This document shows, in pieces, positions 62,352-64,000 of a DNA stretch of 64,000 nt. Position 1 is the stretch's first letter, and every line of letters begins with the position of its first letter. The translations under genes were made by a program, and so were the position numbers. Below the pieces are notes generated by a model, which worked only from the letters and a program-made list of their open reading frames with translations, did not search any database and was not told the DNA's origin. This DNA is from Marsupella aquatica (lineage: Eukaryota > Plantae > Marchantiophyta), in NCBI GenBank assembly GCA_973895155.1, contig OZ316897.1, forward strand, positions 11,431,832 through 11,495,831. Direction: 5' to 3'.

Positions 62352-64000
62352 ATGTCTGAGCAGGAATCTGGAGTCTACCAGACTGCCTCGGATGGAGCCA
62401 CCACGGAACCTGAAAGTTTGGAGTTGCCTGCCTCCAACGGAGGCAGCACCCCGAAATCCAAAAGTCTGGATCAGGCTTTGTTAAGGGGAACTACCACACA
62501 ACCTGAAATTGTGGACCAGGATGCCCTAAGTAGAACCACCACGCCACCTGAAATTGTGGAGGTGGCTACTTCAAGTGGAACCACCACGGAGTCGGAGACA
62601 AAATCCAAATCTACGCACCTGTTCCACCTTAAGGTCGAAGTCTCGGCCTCAAGTCTGCCCCGAGATCCTTCTCAGGGCCCAGATTACTCTACTGAGTGGT
62701 TGGACTTGTCGAGAAGCGTCATTGGGGAGAAGAACGCGAAGATTTACGCTATGGCACTCGAGAGAAATCTGCTGCCAAATCTCAAAGTGTTATTTCTGGA
62801 GGGAAATGCAGGAGATATTGGGATAAGGGCCACGTTAAGTGCGCTGCGAGCCGGTCATGTCAAAGGATTAGAGAAGTTAGTTATGTGGGAGGTGTCGTCC
62901 TATGAGAAAATTACTAAAGAAGAAGCGGGCACAGACATGATTGCAGCTGCACTGAGATTTGGTAATCTGCCGAATTTAAACACGATGGATCTGACAGGGT
63001 CGCTACCAAAGTTGATTCCTGCCAGAAGTAAATGCAAGGCGATCTCAGAACTGCTCTTCGGGTGCACTTGGGGCACGGGAAATATTCGGGAGGGCCGCCG
63101 GCTTTTCGGGTGCTCTTGGGGCACGGGAAGATTGCTGGAGGGCCGGCACTTCAGGTGCACTTGGGGCACGGGAAGATTTCGGGAGGGCCGCGACATCTGT
63201 ATGGGATGCCTGTTTTGCACCCCCTTTTCAGAAAGAAACCAGGCTCTAGAGTGCCTTCGCTGTCTGGATCGGAGACTGGAAGCGTACAGTGGAGATGAGG
63301 GGATGTCAAAGATTGCAGGAGCACTCATGAAAACACCAATTACAGGCTTGCGGATTCTCATACTGCAGCAAAATCACATTAGAGACGAAGGGGCTTGTAG
63401 GCTTGCAAAGATTCTTAAACAAAACAGTCTGCCCAGTCTGGACGAGCTGGATCTGCGGAACAACCCTGTGGGTGTTAAAGGTGTGTCGAAGATAGTCTTT
63501 GCGTACGTGAAGAATCCGCTGCTGACGGTCAGGGTGAAGCTTGATTGGCCCAGTTTTCTACTGCACGGGATAGCGGGCTCGTTCAGAGACAGTAATATAA
63601 AACTTGAGTTTAGATTGAAAGAATTGGGAATATGTAACGAAGCTCTAGTCATAGGCGAATATACTACGCTCGTACACTATTGGTCACCTGAACCGGAATA
63701 TAGATTGCATCTCCTATGTCAAGCGAATTGTGCGAGTTATGCGAGCGAACAAGAGTTCCAGGGTCACATTGTTGAAGGCAGGGGCATGAAAGTCACCGGC
63801 AGCAAACCCAAGGGACACTCGTCACCAAAACCTCCTGCGAGAGGGGATGATTCGACACCTCGAGCCTTCAAAGAGACTCTGAAGGACGAATATTTCCTCA
63901 GAAATACCAGGAAAAGGAACCCAATTCCGGAGCTGTTGGTGCTGGCTGGGAGTGACCCTGAGGAGTTCTATTCGATATTTGGCCTTAGGCAGGTTCTGCT
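62352..64000 (+). CDS. TORNADO1-like RNI-type LRR protein lacking ROC-COR (paralogue 3, runs off window end)
   Basis: Manual translation from ATG 62352 (MSEQESG..) stays open to 64000: EWLDLSRSVI, LPNLKVLFLEGNAGD, LPSLDELDLRNNPVG, RLHLLCQA..GHIVEGRG, EEFYSIFGLRQVL. It is absent from the ORF track because no stop lies in the window. Confidence 0.88.
   Translation, partial: MSEQESGVYQTASDGATTEPESLELPASNGGSTPKSKSLDQALLRGTTTQPEIVDQDALSRTTTPPEIVEVATSSGTTTESETKSKSTHLFHLKVEVSASSLPRDPSQGPDYSTEWLDLSRSVIGEKNAKIYAMALERNLLPNLKVLFLEGNAGDIGIRATLSALRAGHVKGLEKLVMWEVSSYEKITKEEAGTDMIAAALRFGNLPNLNTMDLTGSLPKLIPARSKCKAISELLFGCTWGTGNIREGRRLFGCSWGTGRLLEGRHFRCTWGTGRFREGRDICMGCLFCTPFSERNQALECLRCLDRRLEAYSGDEGMSKIAGALMKTPITGLRILILQQNHIRDEGACRLAKILKQNSLPSLDELDLRNNPVGVKGVSKIVFAYVKNPLLTVRVKLDWPSFLLHGIAGSFRDSNIKLEFRLKELGICNEALVIGEYTTLVHYWSPEPEYRLHLLCQANCASYASEQEFQGHIVEGRGMKVTGSKPKGHSSPKPPARGDDSTPRAFKETLKDEYFLRNTRKRNPIPELLVLAGSDPEEFYSIFGLRQVL

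Overview
This is eukaryotic land-plant nuclear DNA, probably a liverwort/bryophyte (inferred from gene style and TORNADO1-like LRR paralogues). Two conserved multi-exon genes lie on the minus strand: katanin p80 WD40 subunit (24550-32031) and a TOPBP1/MEI1-like multi-BRCT gene (48474-57444). Each carries a clear minor-spliceosome (U12) intron, one GT-AG and one AT-AC. They are surrounded by accessory DNA. (i) Three intronless paralogues (2620, 12392, 62352) encode an RNI-like LRR joined directly to a TORNADO1/ROCO-type C-terminal His/Cys motif, with no ROC GTPase or COR domain. (ii) A stand-alone intronless gene encodes a degenerate plus an intact AIG1/GIMAP-like GTPase domain (44301-45854). 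(iii) A small intronless membrane-protein gene resembles a filamentous-ascomycete family (19436-19960) and has a tandem pseudogene copy; it is a candidate fungus-to-plant horizontal transfer. (iv) Mobile and repetitive DNA includes four solo LTRs of one family with target-site duplications, non-autonomous TIR/foldback elements, a Harbinger-type Myb/NAM-associated relic, segmental duplications and many tandem arrays. No rRNA, tRNA or CRISPR was recognised. Family assignments come from motif recognition, not database searches.
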